Source of the DNA: an uncultured Veillonellaceae bacterium
GTDB taxonomy: Bacteria > Bacillota > Negativicutes > JARBTT01
Assembly (NCBI GenBank): GCA_963805085.1
Contig: CAWDTA010000003.1
Location: 312,924 to 376,923, forward strand
Reading direction: 5' to 3'
Length of the DNA: 64,000 nt
Position numbers and translations under genes: made by a program. The notes beneath the pieces are model-generated. The model searched no databases. It was not told where the DNA came from and saw only the letters and a program-made list of their open reading frames with translations. Positions within the stretch are counted from its first letter, which is position 1. Each line of letters begins with the position of its first letter. Positions 26,643 through 36,197 of the stretch are shown here, piece by piece.

Positions 26643-28535
26643 ATGATTTTATCAATTGAAAATTTAGCAAAGACTTATGGTGAAAAAACACTATTTGAAA
26701 ATATTAGTTTCGGTATTGAGGAAGGGGATAAAGTTGGGATCGTTGGCGTCAACGGTACTGGAAAATCTACTTTTATCAAAACTGTGGCAGGCTTTGTGCC
26801 AGCGGATCATGGTCAGCTAATCAAATCCAAGGGCATGCAAATCGAATACTTATCACAAGAAAGTGAATTGACGCCAGAGAATACTATACTTATGGAAGTA
26901 TTTAAGGGCAATTCACCGATTATGAATGTGCTTAGAGATTATGAATTATCCTTAGAAATCAATCAACGTGAACCAGAAAATAAAGAATGTCAGATGAAGT
27001 TATTACAATGTAGCCAAAAAATTGATGAACTAGATGGCTGGCAAATGGAAAGTGATGCAAAAACGATTCTGACGAAACTAGGAATTTATGATTTTTCTGC
27101 TAAAGTAGGTTCTTTGTCAGGTGGTCAACAAAAACGTTTGGCACTGGCAAGTGCACTCATACATCCATGTGATTTATTAATCTTAGATGAACCGACAAAT
27201 CACATTGACAGTGAAACAATTGCTTGGCTCGAAGAGTATCTGCACAAGGTAAAGGGTGCGCTTCTGATGGTGACGCATGATCGTTATTTCTTGGATACTG
27301 TTGCCACTAAAATTCTTGAGCTCGATAAGGGATCGGCATATGTCTACACGGGTAATTATACTAATTTCCTTGAATTAAAAGCAGCAAGGGAAGAACGTGA
27401 AGAAGCCAGTGAGCGGAAACGGCAAAATTTACTGCGCGGTGAATTGGCTTGGATGCGTCGTGGTGCGCAGGCTCGTTCGACTAAACAAAAAGCTCGGATT
27501 GAACGCTTTGAAGACCTTAGTAAACAAGAGGTTGATTTAAGTCAAAGCAAAGTTGAAATGGGCTTGGGCGCTACGCGCTTAGGTAGAACGGTTATTGAAC
27601 TAGAACATGTCAAGTATACGATTGATGATAAAACTATTATTCAGAACTTTGATTACGTTGTCCTTCGCAATGATCGTGTAGGGATTATCGGACCAAATGG
27701 TTCGGGGAAATCGACACTACTCAATTTGATTGCGGGTATCATAGAACCGACGTCAGGAAACATTATCATTGGTCAAACCGTAAAAATCGGCTACTTTAGT
27801 CAAAACAATGTTGATATGGATGAACGCATGCGGGTAGTCGAATATATTCGCGAAGTTGCCAATTTCATGACGATGGCCGATGGGAGTAAACTAAGTGCGA
27901 CGCAACTCTTAGATCTATTCTTATTTCCAGGCGATTTGCAGTGGACACCAATTGCTAAATTATCTGGTGGTGAAAAACGTCGTTTATTTTTGCTGCGCAT
28001 TTTGATGAGCGAACCAAACGTATTATTGTTAGATGAACCAACCAATGATCTTGATATTCAAACACTTTCTATTTTAGAAGAGTTTATCGACAATTTTAAC
28101 GGGGCGATTATTTTCGTATCTCATGACCGTTTCTTCGTTGATCGACTCGCACAAAAGGTCTTTGTCTATGAAGAAGGTGGGCAGTTGCGTCAATATGTAG
28201 GTGGCTATTCTGATTATCGAGCGATTGCTCAGATAGAACAAGAGCAGGCGAAAGAAATCGAAGAAAAAGCCATAGAAGCACCAGCGAAAGAGAAACCGCG
28301 CTTCGAAGCAAAACGTAAATTATCCTTCAAAGAACAAAGGGAATATGATGAAATTGAAGCTGTCATCGCTAGTGAGGAAAGTGAACTAGCAATTATCCGT
28401 AAACAAATTAATACCGCGGGTTCAAATTTTGAATTATTGCAAGAGTTAACCAAACAGGAACAAGCGCTAAGTATAAAACTAGATACCTTGATGGAACGTT
28501 GGGCTTACCTTGAAGAAGTTGCGCAGGGCTCGTAG
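26643..28535 (+). CDS. ABC-F family ATPase (Uup/YfmR-like)
   Basis: Two ABC domains without TM segments, linker ARSTKQKARI, C-terminal KRKLSFKEQRE coiled coil. Confidence 0.92.
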   Translation: MILSIENLAKTYGEKTLFENISFGIEEGDKVGIVGVNGTGKSTFIKTVAGFVPADHGQLIKSKGMQIEYLSQESELTPENTILMEVFKGNSPIMNVLRDYELSLEINQREPENKECQMKLLQCSQKIDELDGWQMESDAKTILTKLGIYDFSAKVGSLSGGQQKRLALASALIHPCDLLILDEPTNHIDSETIAWLEEYLHKVKGALLMVTHDRYFLDTVATKILELDKGSAYVYTGNYTNFLELKAAREEREEASERKRQNLLRGELAWMRRGAQARSTKQKARIERFEDLSKQEVDLSQSKVEMGLGATRLGRTVIELEHVKYTIDDKTIIQNFDYVVLRNDRVGIIGPNGSGKSTLLNLIAGIIEPTSGNIIIGQTVKIGYFSQNNVDMDERMRVVEYIREVANFMTMADGSKLSATQLLDLFLFPGDLQWTPIAKLSGGEKRRLFLLRILMSEPNVLLLDEPTNDLDIQTLSILEEFIDNFNGAIIFVSHDRFFVDRLAQKVFVYEEGGQLRQYVGGYSDYRAIAQIEQEQAKEIEEKAIEAPAKEKPRFEAKRKLSFKEQREYDEIEAVIASEESELAIIRKQINTAGSNFELLQELTKQEQALSIKLDTLMERWAYLEEVAQGS

Positions 28536-28608
28536 CAGGATATTTTGGTCATTTGTAGAATCATTTTAGGTAAATAGTAGCATTAATTATTTTGAAGGAG
28601 CGAAACAA

Positions 28609-28974
28609 ATGAAATTTAAATTTTTGCATAACAACTTAAACGTATTAGATCTTAAGAGAAGTTTAGCATTTTATAAACAAGCATTAGATCTTGATGAAGT
28701 GCGTCGTTTAGAAAAACCAGAATTTACGTTGGTTTATCTCGGCGATGGTATGACGCAGCATCAATTAGAATTAACTGAAATTAAAGGTCGTACGGAAACT
28801 TATAATTTAGGTGAGAATGAAATTCATCTTGCTTTTAGTGTAGAAGACTTTGCTGCAGCTTATAAACTACATGAAGAAATGGGTTGTATTTGCTACGAAA
28901 ATAAAAAAATGGGGATTTATTTTATTTCTGATCCAGATGGTTATTGGTTAGAAGTTTTACCAGCAAATAGATAA
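28609..28974 (+). CDS. VOC family protein, lactoylglutathione lyase-like
   Basis: HNNLNV, LELT, HLAF, DPDGYWLE. Confidence 0.88.
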   Translation: MKFKFLHNNLNVLDLKRSLAFYKQALDLDEVRRLEKPEFTLVYLGDGMTQHQLELTEIKGRTETYNLGENEIHLAFSVEDFAAAYKLHEEMGCICYENKKMGIYFISDPDGYWLEVLPANR

Positions 28975-28988
28975 GCTTTATGTGAAGG

Positions 28989-29031
28989 AATAAGAACTGC
29001 TATAACTATTCATAGCAGTTCTTATTTTTTT
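28989..29031 (+). terminator. Intrinsic terminator
   Basis: AATAAGAACTGCTAT/ATAGCAGTTCTTATT plus T-run. Confidence 0.75.
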
Positions 29032-29123
29032 ACTATTAGTTAGATAAATTGTATAATTAAACTAGTTTATGCGTCTGCGATTATGTGATACAATAACGAT
29101 GTATTGATAACAAAATGTAGGGA

Positions 29124-30401
29124 GTGATTACTATTTTTAATGAAAGTAAGCTTCAACGTATTATAGACTCATTTACTATAGATAAAATAGAATTGGAAAA
29201 AATTGCTGCAACATTTCGCCGCGATATTGTTTTAGGATTAGAAGGCGACTCGTTATCATCGTTTAAGATGCTTCAGTCTTATTTGGCATTACCGACGCGA
29301 GCTGAAAAAGGTCAATTCATTGCCCTTGATTTCGGCGGTACTAATGTACGAGCTTTACTGATTGAGCTATTAGGCGATGGCAAAGTAAATGTTATCAAGA
29401 AAGCGGTCAAGCAATTGGTAACCGCTGATTACAATTATATTTCAGCAGGTACAACTGCCGAAGGTTTGTTTGATTTTATTGCAAACTTAATTTTAGAAGT
29501 TGCGGGTACCGATAAAGAGTATTTACTTGGGCATACCTTTTCTTTCCCCTCAATGCAAACAGATTTGAACAATGCAAGATTGATTACTTGGACGAAAGAA
29601 TTTGCAACGACTGGTGTAGAAGGTGAAGTTGTCAATGATTTATTGAAAGCAGCACTTGAGCGGCGCGGTGCAAGTAATATTAAGCCGGTTGCGGTGATCA
29701 ATGATACGGTAGCGACGTTATTGGCAGCAGCTTATAAACGAGATCATACAGATATTGGCTCTATTTGTGGGACAGGCCATAATACAGCCTATTTAGAAAG
29801 CTATCATGGTTTAGCAAAACCGCGGATGATTATTAACCTGGAATCTGGTAATTTTGATAAATTATTTACGAATCCATACGATAAAATGATTGATGAACGC
29901 AGTGAAAAAACAGGCGAGCAGCGCATGGAAAAGATGGTTTCGGGAAAATACCTTGGGGTATTATTTTACCTTGCTATTTGCGATGCGCTTGAACTAGCAG
30001 ACAAAGCTGTTGATTTTGATGGCGCGGATTTATCGGTGATTCTTTCTGATCAAAGTCAAAACTTAAAGGCAGTTCGTCAGTTGATAAAAGATAAAATGGC
30101 GATTGAGCTAGACGAAGAAATGTGTGTATGGGTTAAGGCGATTGCAGAAAGTGTTGTTATCCGTTCGGCAAGACTCATAGCCACATCCTATATCGCGATT
30201 ATTTGGCATATCGATGGTGATGAATTCATCAACGAACATACCATTGCAATTGATGGTTCTTTATTTGAAAAAATGCCATTATATAAAGAATCAATGCAAA
30301 AGACTATGTATGAAATGATCGGTGAAGATGCGCAAAAAGTGCATTTGATGTTAGAAAATAGTGGTTCCGGTGTAGGCGCAGCAATCGCAGCAGCAATTTA
30401 G
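29124..30401 (+). CDS. Hexokinase (Hexokinase_1/2, eukaryote-type fold)
   Basis: ALDFGGTNVR, LGHTFSFP, WTKEF, INDTVATL, ICGTGHN, NLESGNF, EKMVSGKYLG, DGSLF, GSGVGAA. Confidence 0.92.
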   Translation: MITIFNESKLQRIIDSFTIDKIELEKIAATFRRDIVLGLEGDSLSSFKMLQSYLALPTRAEKGQFIALDFGGTNVRALLIELLGDGKVNVIKKAVKQLVTADYNYISAGTTAEGLFDFIANLILEVAGTDKEYLLGHTFSFPSMQTDLNNARLITWTKEFATTGVEGEVVNDLLKAALERRGASNIKPVAVINDTVATLLAAAYKRDHTDIGSICGTGHNTAYLESYHGLAKPRMIINLESGNFDKLFTNPYDKMIDERSEKTGEQRMEKMVSGKYLGVLFYLAICDALELADKAVDFDGADLSVILSDQSQNLKAVRQLIKDKMAIELDEEMCVWVKAIAESVVIRSARLIATSYIAIIWHIDGDEFINEHTIAIDGSLFEKMPLYKESMQKTMYEMIGEDAQKVHLMLENSGSGVGAAIAAAI

Positions 30402-30425
30402 GTTATTTAGTAAGGAGCGTTCTTT

Positions 30426-31790
30426 ATGGAACAAAGTTTAAGTCTCCAGCTGGGACAAAAATTAGCAATGACCATGCAACTCCAACAGGCAATTAGTATA
30501 TTACAATTGTCGGCGCAAGATTTGAGAACTTTGATTGATAATGAGTATTTGGAAAATCCAGCGCTTGAAATGGACGAAAATGATGTAGAAAGTGATACCA
30601 GAGAAAAAATTACTGACCAATTCAGTTTTGAGGATATCAGTGCATTGGCTCATTATCTTGGTGATGAAACAGCGTCGACAAATAGTGTCGTGCGCGATGA
30701 TGTACAACAAAGCTTTGAAGCGGTTGCTGTGATTAAGCAGACTTTGGAAGAAGCGTTAGAAGAACAAGTAAATATGACTTTTTCTAGCGACGATGAGCGG
30801 GAGATAGCAAAGTATATTGTAGGTTCAATTAATGACAAGGGGTATTTAACCTGCACAATACAAGAGATTGCCACTGCGTTAAATCGCAGTGAAAGCGAAA
30901 TTGAACAAGTTCTTCATATCATTCAAACTTTTGAACCGGATGGAATTGGTGCTCGTAATTTGCAGGAATGCTTAACGATTCAAGCAAAGCAACAAGAACT
31001 CTATCATGGAATAGTTGCTGAAATACTTGACCATTATTTAGATGAAATTGCCAATTTGCACTATAAAAATATTGCGGATAAACTAGGGTGTTCGCCTAGT
31101 GATATTCAGCTTGCTGTCGATATCATTCGCAGCTTAAATCCAAAGCCTGGTCTAGTCTTTGGCTCAGAACAGTCCGATTATATCGTACCTGATGTCGTAG
31201 TGAGAAAAATTGATGATGAATATATTGTATTGGTCAATGATTATGGAATCCCTCGCTTGAATATCAATAGTGCTTATAAAAATGCGAGTGATTTTGATAA
31301 TGAGACCAAAAAATATATTGAAGGACGCGTTAATTCAGCAGCATGGCTCATTAAGAGTATTGAACAACGTCGCAGTACGCTTTATAACGTAGTTTGTGAA
31401 ATTGTTCGATTGCAAACAGAGTTCTTTGATAAGGGTCAGAGATTTATTAAGCCAATGCTGATGAAGACGGTTGCAGATCACATCGAAGTGCATGAGTCAA
31501 CGGTTAGTAGAAGTGTTGCCAACAAGTATGTAGAGACACCACATGGTGTGATGAGCTTAAAGAGCTTCTTTAATGCGAATCTAAGTGCCAATGGCGAAGA
31601 ACTTGTTGCAAGTCAGGTGAAAGCAAAAATTAAGACGTTGATTGAGCAGGAAGATACGAAAAAACCTTTGAGTGACCAACAAATTAGTGAACTACTAAAA
31701 GCTGAGGATATGAATATATCACGGCGAACGGTAATGAAATATCGAGAGCAGTTGGGTTTTCTGTCTTCGGTAAAGCGAAAACGATACTAA
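30426..31790 (+). CDS. rpoN: RNA polymerase sigma-54 factor
   Basis: Q-rich region I, VHESTVSR HTH, RpoN box SRRTVMKYRE. Confidence 0.96.
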   Translation: MEQSLSLQLGQKLAMTMQLQQAISILQLSAQDLRTLIDNEYLENPALEMDENDVESDTREKITDQFSFEDISALAHYLGDETASTNSVVRDDVQQSFEAVAVIKQTLEEALEEQVNMTFSSDDEREIAKYIVGSINDKGYLTCTIQEIATALNRSESEIEQVLHIIQTFEPDGIGARNLQECLTIQAKQQELYHGIVAEILDHYLDEIANLHYKNIADKLGCSPSDIQLAVDIIRSLNPKPGLVFGSEQSDYIVPDVVVRKIDDEYIVLVNDYGIPRLNINSAYKNASDFDNETKKYIEGRVNSAAWLIKSIEQRRSTLYNVVCEIVRLQTEFFDKGQRFIKPMLMKTVADHIEVHESTVSRSVANKYVETPHGVMSLKSFFNANLSANGEELVASQVKAKIKTLIEQEDTKKPLSDQQISELLKAEDMNISRRTVMKYREQLGFLSSVKRKRY

Positions 31791-31831
31791 AAGAACGGCA
31801 AAATTGTCGTTCTTTTATTTTTTTGTAAAGA

Positions 31832-31940
31832 AAGTTAAAAAAATCACAAAAAAACATTGTTATTTTTTTAACTTTCTTATATAATAAAAATGTAAGCAAT
31901 AGAGAGTTTATTTTGGACTTAATAGTTAATAAATTCACAT
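31832..31940. promoter_or_regulatory. Cluster of Rex-like operator boxes upstream of ndh
   Basis: AAGTTAA-N4-ATCACAA (31832), TTGTTAT-N4-TTAACTT (31857), TAGTTAA-N4-TTCACAT (31923) vs consensus TTGTGAA-N4-TTCACAA; AT-rich background lowers certainty. Confidence 0.55.
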
Positions 31941-32204
31941 AATCAAATAATATGATAAAAGAATATATTATCATATTTCGTTTATGTGTTGTTTTCAGAA
32001 AAGTGAATTTTTTAAAAGCAGGTATCTATTTAAGGATATTTGTAATCATTTAACTAATGAAGTGACATAATAATAATTGATTGAATAATACAATAATTTA
32101 TGGCATGACATAGATAAAGTTGAATGAAAAAACTCTTTTGAATAGCTTAAGCTCTATGCGATTGGATTTATATTTAAAAATTATACTTGGGAGTGGATTA
32201 TTGA

Positions 32205-33458
32205 ATGAGTACTGTGAATAATGTAAAAAGACCTCATATAGTTGTTGTTGGAGCTGGGTTTGGTGGAGCTAAAGTTGCACAAAGTTTTGCTGATAAAAAT
32301 GTAGATGTTACTGTGGTTGATAGGCACAATTTTCATTTGTTTCAGCCGCTTCTATATCAAGTATCTACGGCGTGTTTATCTCCAGAGGAAATCGCTTATC
32401 CAATTAGAGCGTTTTTCCGCAAGCATAAAAATATAGACTTTCATTTAGGTGAAGTTGAAGATTTTGATTTAGATAATAAAACAATTATTACGACAACTGG
32501 AAATATAACATATGATTATTTAGTCATGGCTGCTGGAGCAACGACAAATTTCTTTGGTATGAAAACGGTAGAAGAAAATTCATTTGCAATGAAAACATTA
32601 GGCGAATCTATTATTATTCGTAATCATGTACTTAATATGGTTGAAGCAGCTTCTCGTGAAGCTGATCCTGAAAAGCGTAAACAATTATTAACTTTTGTTT
32701 GCGTAGGTGGTGGACCTACTGGTGTCGAAGAAGCGGGCTCTTTATCTGAGTTAATGTATAATGTAATGCGTCAAGAATATCACAATTTAGACTTTAATGA
32801 AATTGATATCAAATTAATCGAAGCAACAGATAAAGTATTACCGATGATGCCTGAAAGTCTTCGTGATTCAACTGTAAGAACTTTACGAAGTAAAAAAGTC
32901 GATGTTCGTTTAGAAACACAAGTTATGGACTACGATGGCAGCTTTTTAACTTTTAAAAGTGGTGAAGTTGTACCAACGAAAACAGTTATTTGGGCAGCTG
33001 GAGTTAAGGCAGTGCCAATTGCTGCGAAAATGGGAGCAGAAATGGATCGCGCTGGTCGTGTTATAATTAATGAATATTTACAATTGCCAAATCGTCCAGA
33101 AGTATATGCAATTGGTGATGTGGCACATTTTCTACAAGATGGACGCCCACTTGCAACGATTGCGCCAGTGGCAACACAACAAGCCGCTGTTTGCGTAAAT
33201 AATATCTTTAGTGATATTAGCGGTCAGCCAATGAAAACTTTCCATTATGAAGATGTTGGCAGCATGGCAACTATTGGTCGCGGTGATGCTGTTATGTGTA
33301 AAGGCGACATGAAATTTGATGGTTTTATTGCTTGGTTTGCTTGGATGCTAATCCATTTGTTACGTTTGGCTGGCTTCCATACCAATGTAACAGTAGTATT
33401 AAAATGGATTTGGAATTATTTTTCAGATACTCGTTTGGGAAGAATCATTACCCGTTAA
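32205..33458 (+). CDS. ndh: Type II NADH:quinone oxidoreductase
   Basis: VVGAGFGG, FQPLLYQV, VGGGPTGVE, WAAGV, AIGD, GSMATIGR. Confidence 0.9.
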   Translation: MSTVNNVKRPHIVVVGAGFGGAKVAQSFADKNVDVTVVDRHNFHLFQPLLYQVSTACLSPEEIAYPIRAFFRKHKNIDFHLGEVEDFDLDNKTIITTTGNITYDYLVMAAGATTNFFGMKTVEENSFAMKTLGESIIIRNHVLNMVEAASREADPEKRKQLLTFVCVGGGPTGVEEAGSLSELMYNVMRQEYHNLDFNEIDIKLIEATDKVLPMMPESLRDSTVRTLRSKKVDVRLETQVMDYDGSFLTFKSGEVVPTKTVIWAAGVKAVPIAAKMGAEMDRAGRVIINEYLQLPNRPEVYAIGDVAHFLQDGRPLATIAPVATQQAAVCVNNIFSDISGQPMKTFHYEDVGSMATIGRGDAVMCKGDMKFDGFIAWFAWMLIHLLRLAGFHTNVTVVLKWIWNYFSDTRLGRIITR

Positions 33459-33531
33459 GCAATAACTTGTAGTATAATATGAACTGAGTTTAAAAACTCG
33501 GTTTATATTATTTTATAGGGGTTTTTGTTTA

Positions 33532-34797
33532 ATGATTAAAAATTTTTTTAGGGTGACACTTTTTTTAGTAGTAGTTATGCTTGTACAAGGGGGATTGGTT
33601 ACACCAGTAGAAGCAACGCAAGTAACGCATATAGATAAAATTCGTGTTACTTGGAATTCTGTACCGAACGCAGTCATGTATGAGTTAGTTATTACTGATG
33701 GAAAATCAGCGAAAAAAAGTCACATAGTGACGACTAAAACAAATATTTATACGACTGGTTACGAGTTAGATGTTTCTTTTTTTAGTGTAGAATGTAATGG
33801 CTTGTATTGGAAAGTTAGAGGGCTTGATATCAATAAGCAGCCAATAACGAATTTTACGGAACCAAAACTCTTAATTGAAGCGGAAATCAATCCAGTTAGA
33901 CCAAAGACTACGACACAGTTTGATAAGTTGCCGTATGCTAAACTTTATCCAGTATATTCGTGGATACCAGTTTTAAGGGCAACTGGTTATGATTTACAGG
34001 TGTTTTATGATCCTGATAATAATCCACATACGCCAGATACGTTGTTTAAAACAGATTCTATAGCAGGACAGAGCTCTTATGATTATTATGACGGCACGTC
34101 ATATCGTCAAGAGGGCAGTTATTGGTGGCGGGTTAGAGCGACAAATTCTTTGCTGGAAACAGTAGGTGCTTGGTCAGAACCAGATCGTTTTAAAGTTGAA
34201 CATGATGGTGCGGCGGTGGCGGCGTTTGGCGATAGCATTACACATGGTGGGGGTGCTGTATCGACACCGCCAAGCGATACATTGTATGATTGGGAAACGT
34301 ATTCGAAGGTTCCGATTCGTAACTTAGGGTTGAGTGGAAACACTGTGGAGAATCTGGTTAATCGTTTTGATGATGATGTATTGCCGTTTCATCCCAAGAT
34401 CCTCGTTGTTTTTGGGGGTATCAATAATATTCGTGCAGGCGATAAAGCAACACAGGTGATCGCTGGTTTGAGTAGAATCAAATACAAATGCTTGTATCAC
34501 AACATCATCCCAGTGTTCGTCACGGTAGCGCCAATCAATCCAATAGCGATGAAAGCGGTGTCAAATATTGATGTTACACCAGGCTGGGAACGTGAACAAA
34601 TGCTCGTGAATTCGTGGATTAAATCACAACGGTATTATGTTGATATCACTGGAAAGTTTACGGATGATCGAGGCTGGTTGTTTACGACAATGGCAGTCGA
34701 TGGACTTCATCCTGATGTGGAAGGTAAGCGTATCATTGGAACAATGATCGGTGATTATTTAGAAGATACTTTTAGTGATTATTTAGAGCAGAAATAA
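33532..34797 (+). CDS. Secreted SGNH/GDSL hydrolase with N-terminal Fn3-like repeats
   Basis: Signal peptide; YWKVRG / YWWRVRA beta-sandwich motifs; FGDSIT, GINN, DGLHP. Confidence 0.85.
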   Translation: MIKNFFRVTLFLVVVMLVQGGLVTPVEATQVTHIDKIRVTWNSVPNAVMYELVITDGKSAKKSHIVTTKTNIYTTGYELDVSFFSVECNGLYWKVRGLDINKQPITNFTEPKLLIEAEINPVRPKTTTQFDKLPYAKLYPVYSWIPVLRATGYDLQVFYDPDNNPHTPDTLFKTDSIAGQSSYDYYDGTSYRQEGSYWWRVRATNSLLETVGAWSEPDRFKVEHDGAAVAAFGDSITHGGGAVSTPPSDTLYDWETYSKVPIRNLGLSGNTVENLVNRFDDDVLPFHPKILVVFGGINNIRAGDKATQVIAGLSRIKYKCLYHNIIPVFVTVAPINPIAMKAVSNIDVTPGWEREQMLVNSWIKSQRYYVDITGKFTDDRGWLFTTMAVDGLHPDVEGKRIIGTMIGDYLEDTFSDYLEQK

Positions 34798-34889
34798 AAA
34801 AACAATTGGCATATGCATACTTCTCTATTGAACGGTAATTATACCAAGTAGGAGTGGTGCATATGTCAATTGTTTTTCGTAGATTTATT

Positions 34890-35294
34890 TTACTTTCTAT
34901 GGTTGGCAATGACAAAGTCAAGTGATTTGGCTGCTGCTAGAATTATTTTCGAACATTGAAGTTCTGGCGTGCGATATTTTGCTTTTAATGGCGCACAGTT
35001 TATTTCACCTAATTCTTGGTGAAATAAAGAAAATAGTTCGTGGGTCAGTACTTTTATCATAGAACTTTCATGAGCATAATCGTTGACAAACATATGACTT
35101 AGCACCATAACACCGGCGCTTAGAGCCCCGCAAGTTGTTTCAACGCCCATGCCACCGCCAAAACCAGCAGATAATTTTAAAGCTGTTTTATCTAGGTTTA
35201 GTTGATAGGCCTGATTTGCACCATAAATAATTTTTTCCGCACAGTTATAATTTTCGCTATTACCAAAGCCTTGTTCCATTAATTCATATAACAT
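34890..35294 (-). CDS. C-GCAxxG-C-C family putative redox protein
   Basis: YNCAE, GFGGGMG..TCGALSAG, C..L...C. Confidence 0.88.
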   Translation of the reverse strand: MLYELMEQGFGNSENYNCAEKIIYGANQAYQLNLDKTALKLSAGFGGGMGVETTCGALSAGVMVLSHMFVNDYAHESSMIKVLTHELFSLFHQELGEINCAPLKAKYRTPELQCSKIILAAAKSLDFVIANHRK

Positions 35295-35489
35295 ATTATT
35301 TCTCCCCCCATATTTTTTACTATAGCTAGTATTTACTTTATTTTAAATTCGACACACGCATCTTATCACCTACTAAAAATAGGCTGATTTATGGAAAGAT
35401 TGGATTCTTCATTTGCGTATAGAAGGTATTTATATAAAAGTATCGAAGTAGATATAAATATTGTTTTATAACGATAGGAGTGAACTTTT

Positions 35490-35894
35490 ATGAAAATAAA
35501 GCGTATTGATACGACTTTTAGTACAGAAAAACTTCAAGAATCAAAAGATTTTTATATGGATCATTTTGGTTTTAAATTAGCTTATGAAAGCGATTGGTAT
35601 ATTGAGCTTGTAACGCCAACCGGAGACGCAGGTATTAGCTTTACACTTCCGCAAAGAGAAGAAGGCGAATTCTTCAATGGGAAAGGGATGATTTTATCCT
35701 TTGAAGTAGAAGATGTGGAAGCAGAATACAATCGATTAAAGGAACAGAATGTGACAATTTATCAAGATTTACAAGATAAGCCATGGGGCGAACGTAGTTT
35801 TGTAGTCGATGATCCAAATGGTGTACATGTTTATCTTTATAATTTGATTGAACAGACGGATGAGTATAAGGAATTGTATGCACCGTTCAAATAA
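35490..35894 (+). CDS. VOC/glyoxalase-bleomycin resistance family protein
   Basis: DFY..HFGF, LSFEVEDV, PWGERSF..DPNG. Confidence 0.88.
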   Translation: MKIKRIDTTFSTEKLQESKDFYMDHFGFKLAYESDWYIELVTPTGDAGISFTLPQREEGEFFNGKGMILSFEVEDVEAEYNRLKEQNVTIYQDLQDKPWGERSFVVDDPNGVHVYLYNLIEQTDEYKELYAPFK

Positions 35895-35964
35895 GCTAAG
35901 GTATATTGACATCGAGTAGATGAATTGCAACGAAAAGCAACGCATCTACTTCTATTTATATATT

Positions 35965-36176
35965 TGTCGATGATTTAGAAAATATCTAAATCCGTTCCAC
36001 TTATAAACTAGTACGAAGATAGGCTGCCGATTGGTGAGAAGTGCTCAGATGCTAGGCACAGTAAGGAGCTGCGAAGGAGTCGTACTTTCGTACGTCGACG
36101 AGCAGCTCTTTGCTGTAACGACGCAGATGAGTGCTTATCGCCGACCCGCGGTCTGTCTGTCCATAGTTTATCTACA
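35965..36176 (+). repeat. Structured intergenic repeat/MITE-like element, copy 2
   Basis: Reverse complement of copy 1; folds into a long interrupted stem with many G-U pairs in this orientation; ends TGTCGA...TCTACA. Confidence 0.85.
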
Positions 36177-36197
36177 TAAAAAAGGCTAAACTTGCGT

